58,417 nucleotides of DNA from a virus (lineage: Duplodnaviria; Caudoviricetes). Within the stretch, counting starts at the first letter, position 1; each line of letters starts with the position of its first letter. The position numbers and the translations under genes are program-made. Where the stretch lies: positions 1-58,417 of IMG/VR virus record IMGVR_UViG_3300009109_000006. One strand, 5' to 3'. The notes beneath the pieces are model-generated. The model searched no databases. It saw only the letters and a list, made by a program, of their open reading frames with translations, and had not been told where the DNA came from. Below, one piece after another: positions 18,688-27,165 of the stretch.

Positions 18688-18858
18688 CTAGTTCACAACA
18701 CCTTCGGGCCGGAACTCGCCTTGCCGATTTAGCCCTTTGCACCGCGGGCACTTGATTTGCCAGGGGCGGGAGGTGACCTCGGCCAGCAGTTTCTTGCACC
18801 TCCAGCACCTGACCATTTCGTCTGTGCGCGTGGGCCGCTCCCCATAGGGGTCTTTCAC
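18688..18858 (-). CDS. Mu Com-like zinc-finger protein (56 aa), not in the ORF track
   Basis: Read by hand: MKDPYG...VRCWRCKKLLAE...IKCPRCKGLN; GTGA overlap with the upstream stop. Confidence 0.75.
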   Translation of the reverse strand: MKDPYGERPTRTDEMVRCWRCKKLLAEVTSRPWQIKCPRCKGLNRQGEFRPEGVVN

Positions 18859-19265
18859 GACAGGGCCTTCATTACCTGAAAGTTGGCAGAGAAGATGGTG
18901 TTGAAGTTCTCGTCTCTCTCCAAGAACTCAGGGCTGCCCAGCGCCTGAATCCTCAGATAGTTCACGCTGGACAAGGTGTCGTTGGATACGTTCTGGACTT
19001 GCTTCCACACCGTGTCGATGAGGGAGCGCCCGGTGCTGTAAGAGGCGTTCCTGACGTACAGCATCATTCGGGGGTTTTCCAGCACCGGCTCAGAGTTGGC
19101 TCCGTTCATGGCAAACATCGGTACGTCGGTGACCGTTTCAAAGATGGCAGCACAGTCCCCTGGAGTGTCGGGCAGCAGCCCTAGAAATAGGTTTGTGCCC
19201 AGAGTTAGGCCGGTCACGTTGGTGCCGATGTAAGTGCCAACCTCATCAAGAAGCGCCATCGCCAT
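18855..19265 (-). CDS. Tail terminator / minor capsid family protein
   Basis: NLFLGLLPDTP...LERDEN...NF pattern; position in the neck module. Confidence 0.75.
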   Translation of the reverse strand: MAMALLDEVGTYIGTNVTGLTLGTNLFLGLLPDTPGDCAAIFETVTDVPMFAMNGANSEPVLENPRMMLYVRNASYSTGRSLIDTVWKQVQNVSNDTLSSVNYLRIQALGSPEFLERDENFNTIFSANFQVMKALS

Positions 19266-19716
19266 CCCCCTGTTCAGGACCATCAGAGGTGTCGTACTGC
19301 TTCCAGGCGTTTGGGTTGGTGACCCTCTGCGACTTCTTGATGTCAGAGATCGCCCTGGCGAGGTGCTGCTCCAAAATGCGCTTGGCGCTAGCCATGTGCC
19401 CCACAAAGGGTTTCTCCAAGTACTTCACCTTGCCCTGGCCGATGCTGGGCGGTCGATCATGGACAATCCGGGCGTATGGCTCGCCGTACCCCAGGGTGAC
19501 GGTGATGCGGCCACTGGTGTCTGTGGTGGGAGGCAGTACGGTGCCTGACCTCATCAAAGCACCTGTGTCAACCGGGACATAGTTGCGCTTTGAGTCGGTC
19601 ATAATCATTTCAGCCGACCGATACAAGGCTGCTGCAATCTCACCGTTCAAGGCGTTGTTCAACGAAAGTGTGTCAATCGTCTTTGTGTCACCGGTGATCT
19701 TGATGCTGGCGCTCAC
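19246..19716 (-). CDS. HK97 gp10-like neck / tail completion protein
   Basis: VPVDTGALMRSG, YARIVH, KYLEKP. Confidence 0.8.
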   Translation of the reverse strand: MSASIKITGDTKTIDTLSLNNALNGEIAAALYRSAEMIMTDSKRNYVPVDTGALMRSGTVLPPTTDTSGRITVTLGYGEPYARIVHDRPPSIGQGKVKYLEKPFVGHMASAKRILEQHLARAISDIKKSQRVTNPNAWKQYDTSDGPEQGDGDGAS

Positions 19717-20030
19717 CGGAACGTCACCACCGTATGGTCCAAGCCGCCTACCTCGGTGTGGACCGAAACCGTCTTGATCTCCGGCGCTGATGTGTCGGGC
19801 AGCACGATCTTGTCCTTCACCCCGATGGAGGTGTCGGCAATGTATGCCCGCACGGGATGAATCTGCTCCTCCACCATGCCGGAGTCGTCAAGCGTCACCG
19901 GGCGCTCCACATAAGCGGAGGCGGTGCGGCTAGAACCGTATGACCTTTCCCCGTAGTTGTTGAACGCAGAGTACGGATGGATGGTCACCGTGTCCGGCAT
20001 GAACGTGCTGAGTTGCCTGTCAAGGGCCAT
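19713..20030 (-). CDS. Head closure (stopper) protein
   Basis: Size, beta-rich sequence and synteny. Confidence 0.65.
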   Translation of the reverse strand: MALDRQLSTFMPDTVTIHPYSAFNNYGERSYGSSRTASAYVERPVTLDDSGMVEEQIHPVRAYIADTSIGVKDKIVLPDTSAPEIKTVSVHTEVGGLDHTVVTFR

Positions 20031-20053
20031 TGGCTACACCCGGCTACACATGA

Positions 20054-20503
20054 CTACACCCGGTACTGATACGGAGTGTACTCGTTGTCTGCCGAATAAC
20101 GAGGGTTATCGGTAACGCCCTTGCGCCCAAAGATCGGAATGCGGTCGGTGTCCTGCATCCGGGTGTCATGCTGTGATTTCAGCCACCCGCTCAGGTATGG
20201 AGCAACCGGATCGACTTCCTCGTTGCGGGCGAGGTCGTTGGCCAGTTCCAGATACTGGCGGTACTTGGCGCTGAAATCGGCTTGAAGGCCGCCGATTGAC
20301 CGACTCATCAGCCGTGCATACTTGGCCGCAACGGCACGGGCCGACTCGCTAGCGGCCCGAACGACTGTTCCCTGCTTCGTGATGTAGTAGTTGATCTCCT
20401 CATCGGCCAGCAACTGGTCGTTGCTGTCGGTGTCACCGATGATGAGGCGTACAGCATCCTTGCTGGACGTTGCAAGGACCGTATTGTCGTAACTCCAAGT
20501 CAT
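20054..20503 (-). CDS. Head-tail adaptor protein
   Basis: VRLIIGDTD...LLADEEI motif; synteny. Confidence 0.75.
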   Translation of the reverse strand: MTWSYDNTVLATSSKDAVRLIIGDTDSNDQLLADEEINYYITKQGTVVRAASESARAVAAKYARLMSRSIGGLQADFSAKYRQYLELANDLARNEEVDPVAPYLSGWLKSQHDTRMQDTDRIPIFGRKGVTDNPRYSADNEYTPYQYRV

Positions 20504-20559
20504 GGCGCACCTCTATATGCCATAGTAGGTGCTTCTGAAAGTGGGGCGTTAGCCGCCTA

Positions 20560-20931
20560 CTACGACTTCTTAGTGTTGGGCTTTTTAGGCTTTTGAGACT
20601 TGCGGGTGGGGGTGGGCTTACTGGCTGCCTTGGTGGCAGTCGCAGGAGCCTGAGCGGCTTCCTGAGCCTTCTGCACATCCTCCAACTTGATGATGCGCCG
20701 GTTGACCCCCTCAACACGGGTAGGTGCTGGGATGGGGACTCCGACGGCTAGGACTTCGAGGTATCGTCGCTCCACCATGGTGGACACCCGGTGGGCTGGC
20801 CACGCTTCGGTGTTGACCACCTCACCACGCATCAACTGGTGGCCAGTGGCGTCAAACGGACGAAGGCAGACGGCCCAGGTCGTGTCGGGGGACACGGCAC
20901 CGGCCAAAGGATCGGACACGGGCATGGTCAC
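20560..20931 (-). CDS. Hypothetical head-region protein
   Basis: ORF coupled within the head operon; Lys/Pro-rich tail. Confidence 0.6.
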   Translation of the reverse strand: MTMPVSDPLAGAVSPDTTWAVCLRPFDATGHQLMRGEVVNTEAWPAHRVSTMVERRYLEVLAVGVPIPAPTRVEGVNRRIIKLEDVQKAQEAAQAPATATKAASKPTPTRKSQKPKKPNTKKS

Positions 20932-20946
20932 TTACCCTTCTGGTTG

Positions 20947-21396
20947 TTAGTTGGAAGAAGGAACCCAGGTGATGTACGCCGTGCCAGCAAACGAGCCGAT
21001 GGTGCCCGTGATACTGCCGGTGACAAACGACCCGGAAGCCACGGCACGAGACAGTGCCCCGTTCGTGCCACCATCGTCGGCAGAGTTGATGACCTGAGCC
21101 GTAGCCGTGGTCTTGCCGTCGATGAGCGTGTCATCACTGGTCGTCCCGTTAGCGGCGACCCCAACGTCAATGGTGGTGGTCGAACCAGATGCTGTGGTGA
21201 TGTCGATGATGACACTCTGAACGATGATGCGCTGGCCGGAAGCATTCTCCCAGGCCAGGGCACCACCGGCACCTGTGGCGGCGGTCATTGTGATGATCGA
21301 AGTGCGAGGTACAGCAGCGCCGTTGTCGGCCTTGCTGTCCTCTACGACCAGATCGCCAAAGAGTCCCTGACCCTGGGTCAAGCGGTTGTAAGACAT
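20947..21396 (-). CDS. Putative capsid decoration/accessory protein
   Basis: Thr/Gly/Ser beta-rich; directly after the capsid gene; AAGGAG RBS. Confidence 0.6.
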   Translation of the reverse strand: MSYNRLTQGQGLFGDLVVEDSKADNGAAVPRTSIITMTAATGAGGALAWENASGQRIIVQSVIIDITTASGSTTTIDVGVAANGTTSDDTLIDGKTTATAQVINSADDGGTNGALSRAVASGSFVTGSITGTIGSFAGTAYITWVPSSN

Positions 21397-21417
21397 GGTG
21401 TCTTTGCTCCTTGCGGA

Positions 21418-22377
21418 CTAGGCGACGGCGTTGCTGAAGAAGTACCCCAGGTCGGCGCTGATGACCTTGTTGTCCCAGGCCATCTGGCTCTCAATCCGGT
21501 CACACCGGAGTTCCGGCATACGGAACCGGGAGATGCCCACGGTCTGGCCCAAGCCGTCCGACACGCCCCGCCACTCAAAGGTGTAGCCAGCGGTGGGGGT
21601 GAGGATGCCGGGGTTGGGTGCGACGTAGCAGAGCAAGGCGTTCTTCCCGGCCACGCTGGTCATACTGACCGAAGCGCCCTCAGCGGCGGTGTTCTTGACC
21701 GCACGGGACACCAGCACACGATCCAGGCCAAGCAGCCGGGCAATCGTGTCGGTGTCCACCGTGTTGGACGAGGTGTACTTCACCCGGTCAATGATGTCCG
21801 GGTGGTTCCGCAACTGGCGGTAGGCGTCGTAGCCCAGCACCAGAGTGTTGGGCAGCATCCCGGTAGAGGCAAGGATGGTGGCCTTACCGGCCTCCACATC
21901 CTCAATCGGGTCGCTGGAGGCGTAGGACGACCACTTGGTGAAGTCTGTTCCACCGGTCTTGTCGGTGGTCCACACGCTGGTGGTGAAGAAGTCGGTGGTC
22001 CACTGGATCTCCCGGCGAAGGAGCATCCGCTGAGTGATGAACTCAGTGGCGTCCCGGTCGGGACTCAGGGGAGCGTCAGCGTTGGCACGAGTCTGATCGT
22101 CCACATCCTTGTGGAAAGCGTAGACATCAGCGTTGTAGGTAGCAGTGCTGAGTGTGTACCCGCTACCGGCCGACGGCGAAGCCGGGGCACGAACAGCGGC
22201 CTCGTCACGGAACCAGTCACCCTTGGTGTAGACGAAGTACTTGTCGCTCTGCTTCTCTACCGGGATCGACCGGAAGACACGGTTAGCAACGAAGTTATTT
22301 TCGCTTTGAAGGAAAGCGAGGCTAATGTTCGTGAGAATCGCATCAACATGAACATCTGAGGTAGTTGGCTGAGGCAT
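21418..22377 (-). CDS. Major capsid protein
   Basis: 319 aa; HVDAILTNIS N-terminus, PNTLVLG, GYTFEW, GYFFSNAV; follows scaffold and cement genes. Confidence 0.88.
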   Translation of the reverse strand: MPQPTTSDVHVDAILTNISLAFLQSENNFVANRVFRSIPVEKQSDKYFVYTKGDWFRDEAAVRAPASPSAGSGYTLSTATYNADVYAFHKDVDDQTRANADAPLSPDRDATEFITQRMLLRREIQWTTDFFTTSVWTTDKTGGTDFTKWSSYASSDPIEDVEAGKATILASTGMLPNTLVLGYDAYRQLRNHPDIIDRVKYTSSNTVDTDTIARLLGLDRVLVSRAVKNTAAEGASVSMTSVAGKNALLCYVAPNPGILTPTAGYTFEWRGVSDGLGQTVGISRFRMPELRCDRIESQMAWDNKVISADLGYFFSNAVA

Positions 22378-22390
22378 CGGTTATGTCTCC

Positions 22391-22777
22391 TTAGGCAGCG
22401 CGAGCGCCGCTCGGGTTGAGGAACATGGTGGCAGTCTCACCGGCCGACGCAGCCTCAATTGCTACGCCCATGACGGTCACCGTGGTGTCAGTGCCTCTGG
22501 TGATGGCATCAGCCTGAGAGTCAGCCGAAGTGCCGATGACATTTCCAGCGGCCAGGGTGCCGTCAGCGACCACCTTGCTGATACCAAAGATGGTCACCTC
22601 GGCGGCCTGGCCGGAGGTCGGGTCGTTCTGGAGAATGCCAATCGGCAAGTCCGTGATGGCGGTGCAAACATTCACCGTGGTAGCACTCGCCAACTTGACG
22701 AAGTGGTACTGTTTGGAACTGAGGTCAGCAGCAGCCGTCAGGTTGCCGAACTTCAGTTGTGCGGCTTCATAAGCCAT
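22391..22777 (-). CDS. Capsid cement/decoration protein (DUF2190-like)
   Basis: AAADL..QYHFVK, IGILQNDP..G; between scaffold and capsid. Confidence 0.75.
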   Translation of the reverse strand: MAYEAAQLKFGNLTAAADLSSKQYHFVKLASATTVNVCTAITDLPIGILQNDPTSGQAAEVTIFGISKVVADGTLAAGNVIGTSADSQADAITRGTDTTVTVMGVAIEAASAGETATMFLNPSGARAA

Positions 22778-22779
22778 GG

Positions 22780-23589
22780 TTAGCGAGCCTCCTTCAAGTA
22801 GGCGTCGTAGAGAGTCGGGTCTTCGCTGACCGCCTTGGCGATGGCGGCTTCACGGGTGAGCGTGGCGTCCTCAGCCTGGTACTGCTTGGCAGCCTGTTCA
22901 ATGCGCCCCATGCCGGAGTCGGCATCGAACGAGGGGAGAGCGCCAATCTCGTTGAAGGCAGCACCCTGCTTGATGACCTCGTTGGCAGCATCCAGAACCT
23001 GAGTGAGAGTTGCGTAGTGCTCCTCGTCCATGCTTTCGGCAGCCGCCTTCAGGACAGGGCCAAAGTCTTCGGCGCTAACCGACAAGCGGTCGTAGCCAGC
23101 GGCCTTAGCGACAAACTCTCGCTCCAGACGGTGGTCCCGTTCGGCCTTGGCAATCGCCTCGGCGGCAACGGCTCGGTCTTCGGCAGCCTTGACGAGTTCA
23201 ACAACGGCGGGGTCAGCCGACTTCAGGATGCTTTCTTCCGTCTGAGCATCACGCTGGGCCAGTTCGTCAACCTTGGCCAGCAACTCGTTGTTGGTGGTTT
23301 CAAGCGTGTCGATGTAGTCCAACATGGCAGCGATCTCATCGGACTGCTTGCTCATGTCTTCTTCCTCGTCATACTCGTCCGTAACGGCGTCGTCACGACC
23401 AGGGTTCTTGGGATGACCCTTATCCACAGGATCATCAGTAGCCTCAGATTCGGCATCCAAGGTGTCGGCTTCTGCCATTGGTGTGTCTCCTTTGTAGAGA
23501 ACGACTTTGCTGAGTTGATTGGCGGGGCGGGTAACGAGACTGATCTCGTCAAACTCCATGTCCGTCAATCTATTCCCGGTGGAAGGCAT
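22780..23589 (-). CDS. Scaffolding protein with N-terminal prohead-protease-like EISLVxxPAN segment
   Basis: Acidic coiled coil; DEISLVTRPAN; 11 of 15 Lys preceded by I/L/V at -2. Confidence 0.75.
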   Translation of the reverse strand: MPSTGNRLTDMEFDEISLVTRPANQLSKVVLYKGDTPMAEADTLDAESEATDDPVDKGHPKNPGRDDAVTDEYDEEEDMSKQSDEIAAMLDYIDTLETTNNELLAKVDELAQRDAQTEESILKSADPAVVELVKAAEDRAVAAEAIAKAERDHRLEREFVAKAAGYDRLSVSAEDFGPVLKAAAESMDEEHYATLTQVLDAANEVIKQGAAFNEIGALPSFDADSGMGRIEQAAKQYQAEDATLTREAAIAKAVSEDPTLYDAYLKEAR

Positions 23590-23689
23590 ACGGCTGCAAT
23601 GATAGAGATTGGTGTAAACACGCTGCGAATCACGGCACGGAATAGGCCCATTGCCCTATTTGCCTAGCCCGTCCAGGCTGCTCACTCCA

Positions 23690-25228
23690 TTAGTTTGTTG
23701 AAACTGGAGTGCCGCTGGCTACTGCCTCCACAAACATCTTCAAGGCACTGTCGTTCTTGGCTGCACTCGGAGTGATGTAGTAGACCGCCCCACTCTTTTG
23801 GCGCTTGCCGACCTCAGTGGGGTCAAGGAATGCACCGTCCGCATAGGAGTAATAGAGGTTGTCGTCTTTGCGACGGTACTCAACGAACTCCCCCAAATCC
23901 CAAAATGCCTGCTGGTTGGTGGAGCGAGACAAATCGGCTGCCTCTTTGTGCGAGTTCACAACGGCTGACACATCCAAAAAAACCCACTCTTGACCACCGC
24001 GCTCGCCCTTCCAAGCCCCTACATGGGCATTGGGGGTGCTCAAAGCGCCCTGGTTCTTGGCAATGTACTCTCTGACCTTCTGCGGCCCAGACCTCGCCCA
24101 CTCATCTAGAGAGAACTGGGCTTCAAGTTCTTCAAAGGTGGCTACTGCATTGCCGGAGCGGCGAAACCTGCCACGCTTTTGGTCAAACGTGAACCCGCCA
24201 TTTGCTGAGGCAAGTGCTGCGAGGTGCGACGCCCCGCCATACATTGACGCTGGAAGGTCGCCGGAGATGGTGTGCGCGGCACCGGCTGTGGTGAACCGCC
24301 CCAACTCGTCGTGGTACGGGTTGAACTTGCGGAGCAACGCAGCCTTCCTGGCAAGCCAGTCTGTCTGGCAACCAACACAGTGTGGCTGCGCCTTGCCCAC
24401 CTTGGCTTGAATGCCCATCTTGTTGGCGTAATCATTAGCGTCACGAAGCACCTCCAAAATGGGGATGCCCACTCGCACCACTTTCATGGTCAGGCCACCC
24501 AGTTTCCCGTCGTCGCTAGCGTCCATGCCCACCACTGTGGCCCAGCGGTGGTGGCCGTCAATGATATAGCCGTCTCTGCTGATGAACACCTCGCCAACGT
24601 CCAGATCAAACTTGCCTTCTTTAGCAGCCTGCAACATCCCGGCCACCTTGGCTCCCACCAACTCTGACTGGCTGGCTTTCAGGTGGGCCGCCTTGACGGT
24701 TTCACGAGTGACCTTGACCCCGCGCTTCTTCAAGTCTTTTACATATGGCTCGGCCAGATCGACCTCCCCACGCTTGTTACGCGGCATCTTGTCGGCTACT
24801 GAGTCTTTGATGGGGTCGCCCTTCAACTGGGGCATCTTGATGCGCGGAATCCCCTTGTGCTCAGCGCAGAACACGTTGGTGCCCGGCACCGACACACGGC
24901 ACAAGTCGTATGTCTTAGCCTTGTCGCCCCTTTCGCTGGCCTCTCTGACTACGTTGCGGAGTTCCACAAGCAGTGTGGACACTTGCTCCACCGACTCCAG
25001 TTCAACATGCTTGCCATCAGCCAGGTGACGAATCGCCTCATTGACATCAGAGGTCTTGATTGGGTTGCGCTTACTACCAGGCTTATCAGCGCCTGCGCTG
25101 CGCCCCGTTTTGTTGGCACCCTCGGCCCCCGTAGTGTTTCCATCAGCCGTAGTGAACCGGCCGATGTCGTCGTGATAAGGGTTGAACTTCCTTAGGTGCG
25201 CTGCTTTACGAACAAGCCACTGCGTCAT
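23690..25228 (-). CDS. Tagged cargo protein: two KFNPYHD tags; ParB/sulfiredoxin-like domain plus unknown domain
   Basis: Tags at 25148-25189 and 24287-24328; LKASQ...ISRDGYIIDGHHRWA; second module GAW...LDVS...QQAFWDL. Confidence 0.75.
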   Translation of the reverse strand: MTQWLVRKAAHLRKFNPYHDDIGRFTTADGNTTGAEGANKTGRSAGADKPGSKRNPIKTSDVNEAIRHLADGKHVELESVEQVSTLLVELRNVVREASERGDKAKTYDLCRVSVPGTNVFCAEHKGIPRIKMPQLKGDPIKDSVADKMPRNKRGEVDLAEPYVKDLKKRGVKVTRETVKAAHLKASQSELVGAKVAGMLQAAKEGKFDLDVGEVFISRDGYIIDGHHRWATVVGMDASDDGKLGGLTMKVVRVGIPILEVLRDANDYANKMGIQAKVGKAQPHCVGCQTDWLARKAALLRKFNPYHDELGRFTTAGAAHTISGDLPASMYGGASHLAALASANGGFTFDQKRGRFRRSGNAVATFEELEAQFSLDEWARSGPQKVREYIAKNQGALSTPNAHVGAWKGERGGQEWVFLDVSAVVNSHKEAADLSRSTNQQAFWDLGEFVEYRRKDDNLYYSYADGAFLDPTEVGKRQKSGAVYYITPSAAKNDSALKMFVEAVASGTPVSTN

Positions 25229-25230
25229 GC

Positions 25231-26862
25231 CTACAGAAACTCCACAATGTCTCTGTCAGCGATCTCCGAATAGTCCAAGCCGCGCTCGTCTGCAATCTGC
25301 TGCCACAAGTCGTCAATGGTTCGGACACTGCTGCGGTCATAACGAGAGGTTCCTTCAGGTGCAGCGATCTCATCGTAGAACCTGTCCACCAACTGGCTCG
25401 CCACAGAAGCAATCACCTTGGGGCGTGTGTCGGTCGTCTTCCCACGGTCCCTCGCTCTTTGGGCGATGGTGTGAACTAGCCCCCTCATGTCTGCTAGAGC
25501 CTTGTCGTCAAATGCGTCCCAGGCGTCCAGCGAAGCGTCGGGATCGTCCAGCCCTTGCTTGAGATACTCCTTGTTGAGCGCCCGCACTTTTCTTATCACT
25601 CTGGCGTGATTCTCGGGCACGCGTGTCACAAGGCCCATTAGCCTCGGTGCCCCAGCATTGGTGCTAGTGCGCTCCATCCCGCTAGGGCCACCGTCTCTGG
25701 TGCCACTGCCACCCCCACGACCACCGCTGCCCTCAAACCCCGCAGTAGTCACAGCACTGTTGGCAGTCGTAAACCGCCCAAGTTCATCATGGTACGGGTT
25801 GAACTTGGCTAGCGCAGCGGAGGCCAATGCGCGGCGCTCGCGCTCTTTTCTCTCAAACCTCTCAACCATTCGCTTGCGCCCTTCACGCTCCTGGTCTTCT
25901 CTTTGAGCACGCGTGATTCCTGCGCTAACCGCCACTTCTCTCACCTGCCTTACTGTCACTTTCTCTCCCGTTTTGAGCGAAATATTGTTGGCGATGCGCC
26001 TGTAGTCGCGAGAGCCATACCTTTTGTGACCAGCAAACCTGTCGTCGGTTCTAATGGCGTCTTCAATCGTCGCTCGCAGTTCCTCCTCTGAGCGTGGCTT
26101 GCTCCCCCCAAAGCGAGGGTGGCTCTCAGCAGCCCCCGCACTTCCCTCGGCTGTAGCGAAGCGCCCTAGTTCGTCGTGATAGGGGTTGAACTTGGCGAGG
26201 AAAGCGTTGGCCAGCGTGCGCCGCTTCCGCTTCCGCTTCTCCCATTCTGTGCTGTCCACATGCACTTCAGATGGCGTCGGCTGCCCTTTCTTGAAGCGTT
26301 CGATCTGGGCAAGCCGCTTTTTGGCCTCAGCCTCAGTGTCGTACTCCCCCATGAGCCTCCCGCTTTCTGAGTACACACACCAGCGGCCATTCGGCTTCTG
26401 TCGAACCACCTTGCTGATGTCACTGCTGTTCTTGCCGATGTCGGTGTAGCCGCCGTCTGGAAGGTCGATGCGCTGACGCCTGCCAGTGCCATGGACTGAG
26501 AAGCCCACATACCCACCCTTCTTGACCTGATCCCACACACGCCCATCATTCACCCTGAACCCGATCCACCATCCGGTGGGGACGGAGCCCGGCCTGATGC
26601 CAAGAGCATCCTGCTTCTCTTTGGTGAGCACGATGGATTCCACCAGAGTGGACACGCCCTTTTGAACGTGCATCTCTCCCCCATCACGCGAATGGAGAAC
26701 GTAGTGATACGCCGCCTTCTCTAGTTCGCTTTCACTGTCGATGAAGTCGTCCTGGCGATCCAGCAGCACGAGGTCGTCGGCTGTCTTGATGACATTGGCC
26801 CAGCCAAACACCAACTGCTGGTCGTCTTCAACTTTGACAATATCGGCCCTAATCGGCTTCAT
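25231..26862 (-). CDS. XkdF-like prohead serine protease fused to two tagged cargo segments
   Basis: QLVFGWA, DRQDD, GEMH, VES, GWWIG, GFSVHG; tags at 26152-26193 and 25765-25806. Confidence 0.8.
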   Translation of the reverse strand: MKPIRADIVKVEDDQQLVFGWANVIKTADDLVLLDRQDDFIDSESELEKAAYHYVLHSRDGGEMHVQKGVSTLVESIVLTKEKQDALGIRPGSVPTGWWIGFRVNDGRVWDQVKKGGYVGFSVHGTGRRQRIDLPDGGYTDIGKNSSDISKVVRQKPNGRWCVYSESGRLMGEYDTEAEAKKRLAQIERFKKGQPTPSEVHVDSTEWEKRKRKRRTLANAFLAKFNPYHDELGRFATAEGSAGAAESHPRFGGSKPRSEEELRATIEDAIRTDDRFAGHKRYGSRDYRRIANNISLKTGEKVTVRQVREVAVSAGITRAQREDQEREGRKRMVERFERKERERRALASAALAKFNPYHDELGRFTTANSAVTTAGFEGSGGRGGGSGTRDGGPSGMERTSTNAGAPRLMGLVTRVPENHARVIRKVRALNKEYLKQGLDDPDASLDAWDAFDDKALADMRGLVHTIAQRARDRGKTTDTRPKVIASVASQLVDRFYDEIAAPEGTSRYDRSSVRTIDDLWQQIADERGLDYSEIADRDIVEFL

Positions 26863-26913
26863 TCGCGACCGTCCCTGGCAACAGAAATACAAAGACGCCC
26901 GTATGTTAGTTGT

Positions 26914-27165
26914 CTAGGCCCCTTTCAGGAAAGCCTCTGCTGGCACGAACCGAAATACCGGCGTGCCATTCATAATGGCTTGCAAGCGTTCAGTCGGAGC
27001 ATCGTCAGCGCCATACCACTTGCCCCTGGCCTGGATGGATGCAAGCGGGGTGGGTGGGTATACGGTTCCGTTGTTGGCGTTCACAATGTAGGCAGTGTCT
27101 TCAGGGGTGTTTGTGTCTTGCACTACATAGAGCGAGTCTCGGTGGCCCAACACTTTGATTGTCAC
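26914..27165 (-). CDS. Small hypothetical protein downstream of a toxin-like ORF
   Basis: GTGA overlap with 27162-28637; GAGGAG RBS. Confidence 0.6.
   Translation of the reverse strand: MTIKVLGHRDSLYVVQDTNTPEDTAYIVNANNGTVYPPTPLASIQARGKWYGADDAPTERLQAIMNGTPVFRFVPAEAFLKGA

Noticed and set aside
9679-22359. Long plus-strand ORFs (9679-10857, 12713-14128, 20791-22359)
   Set aside because: They are antisense shadows of well-supported high-GC minus-strand genes and show no recognisable motifs.
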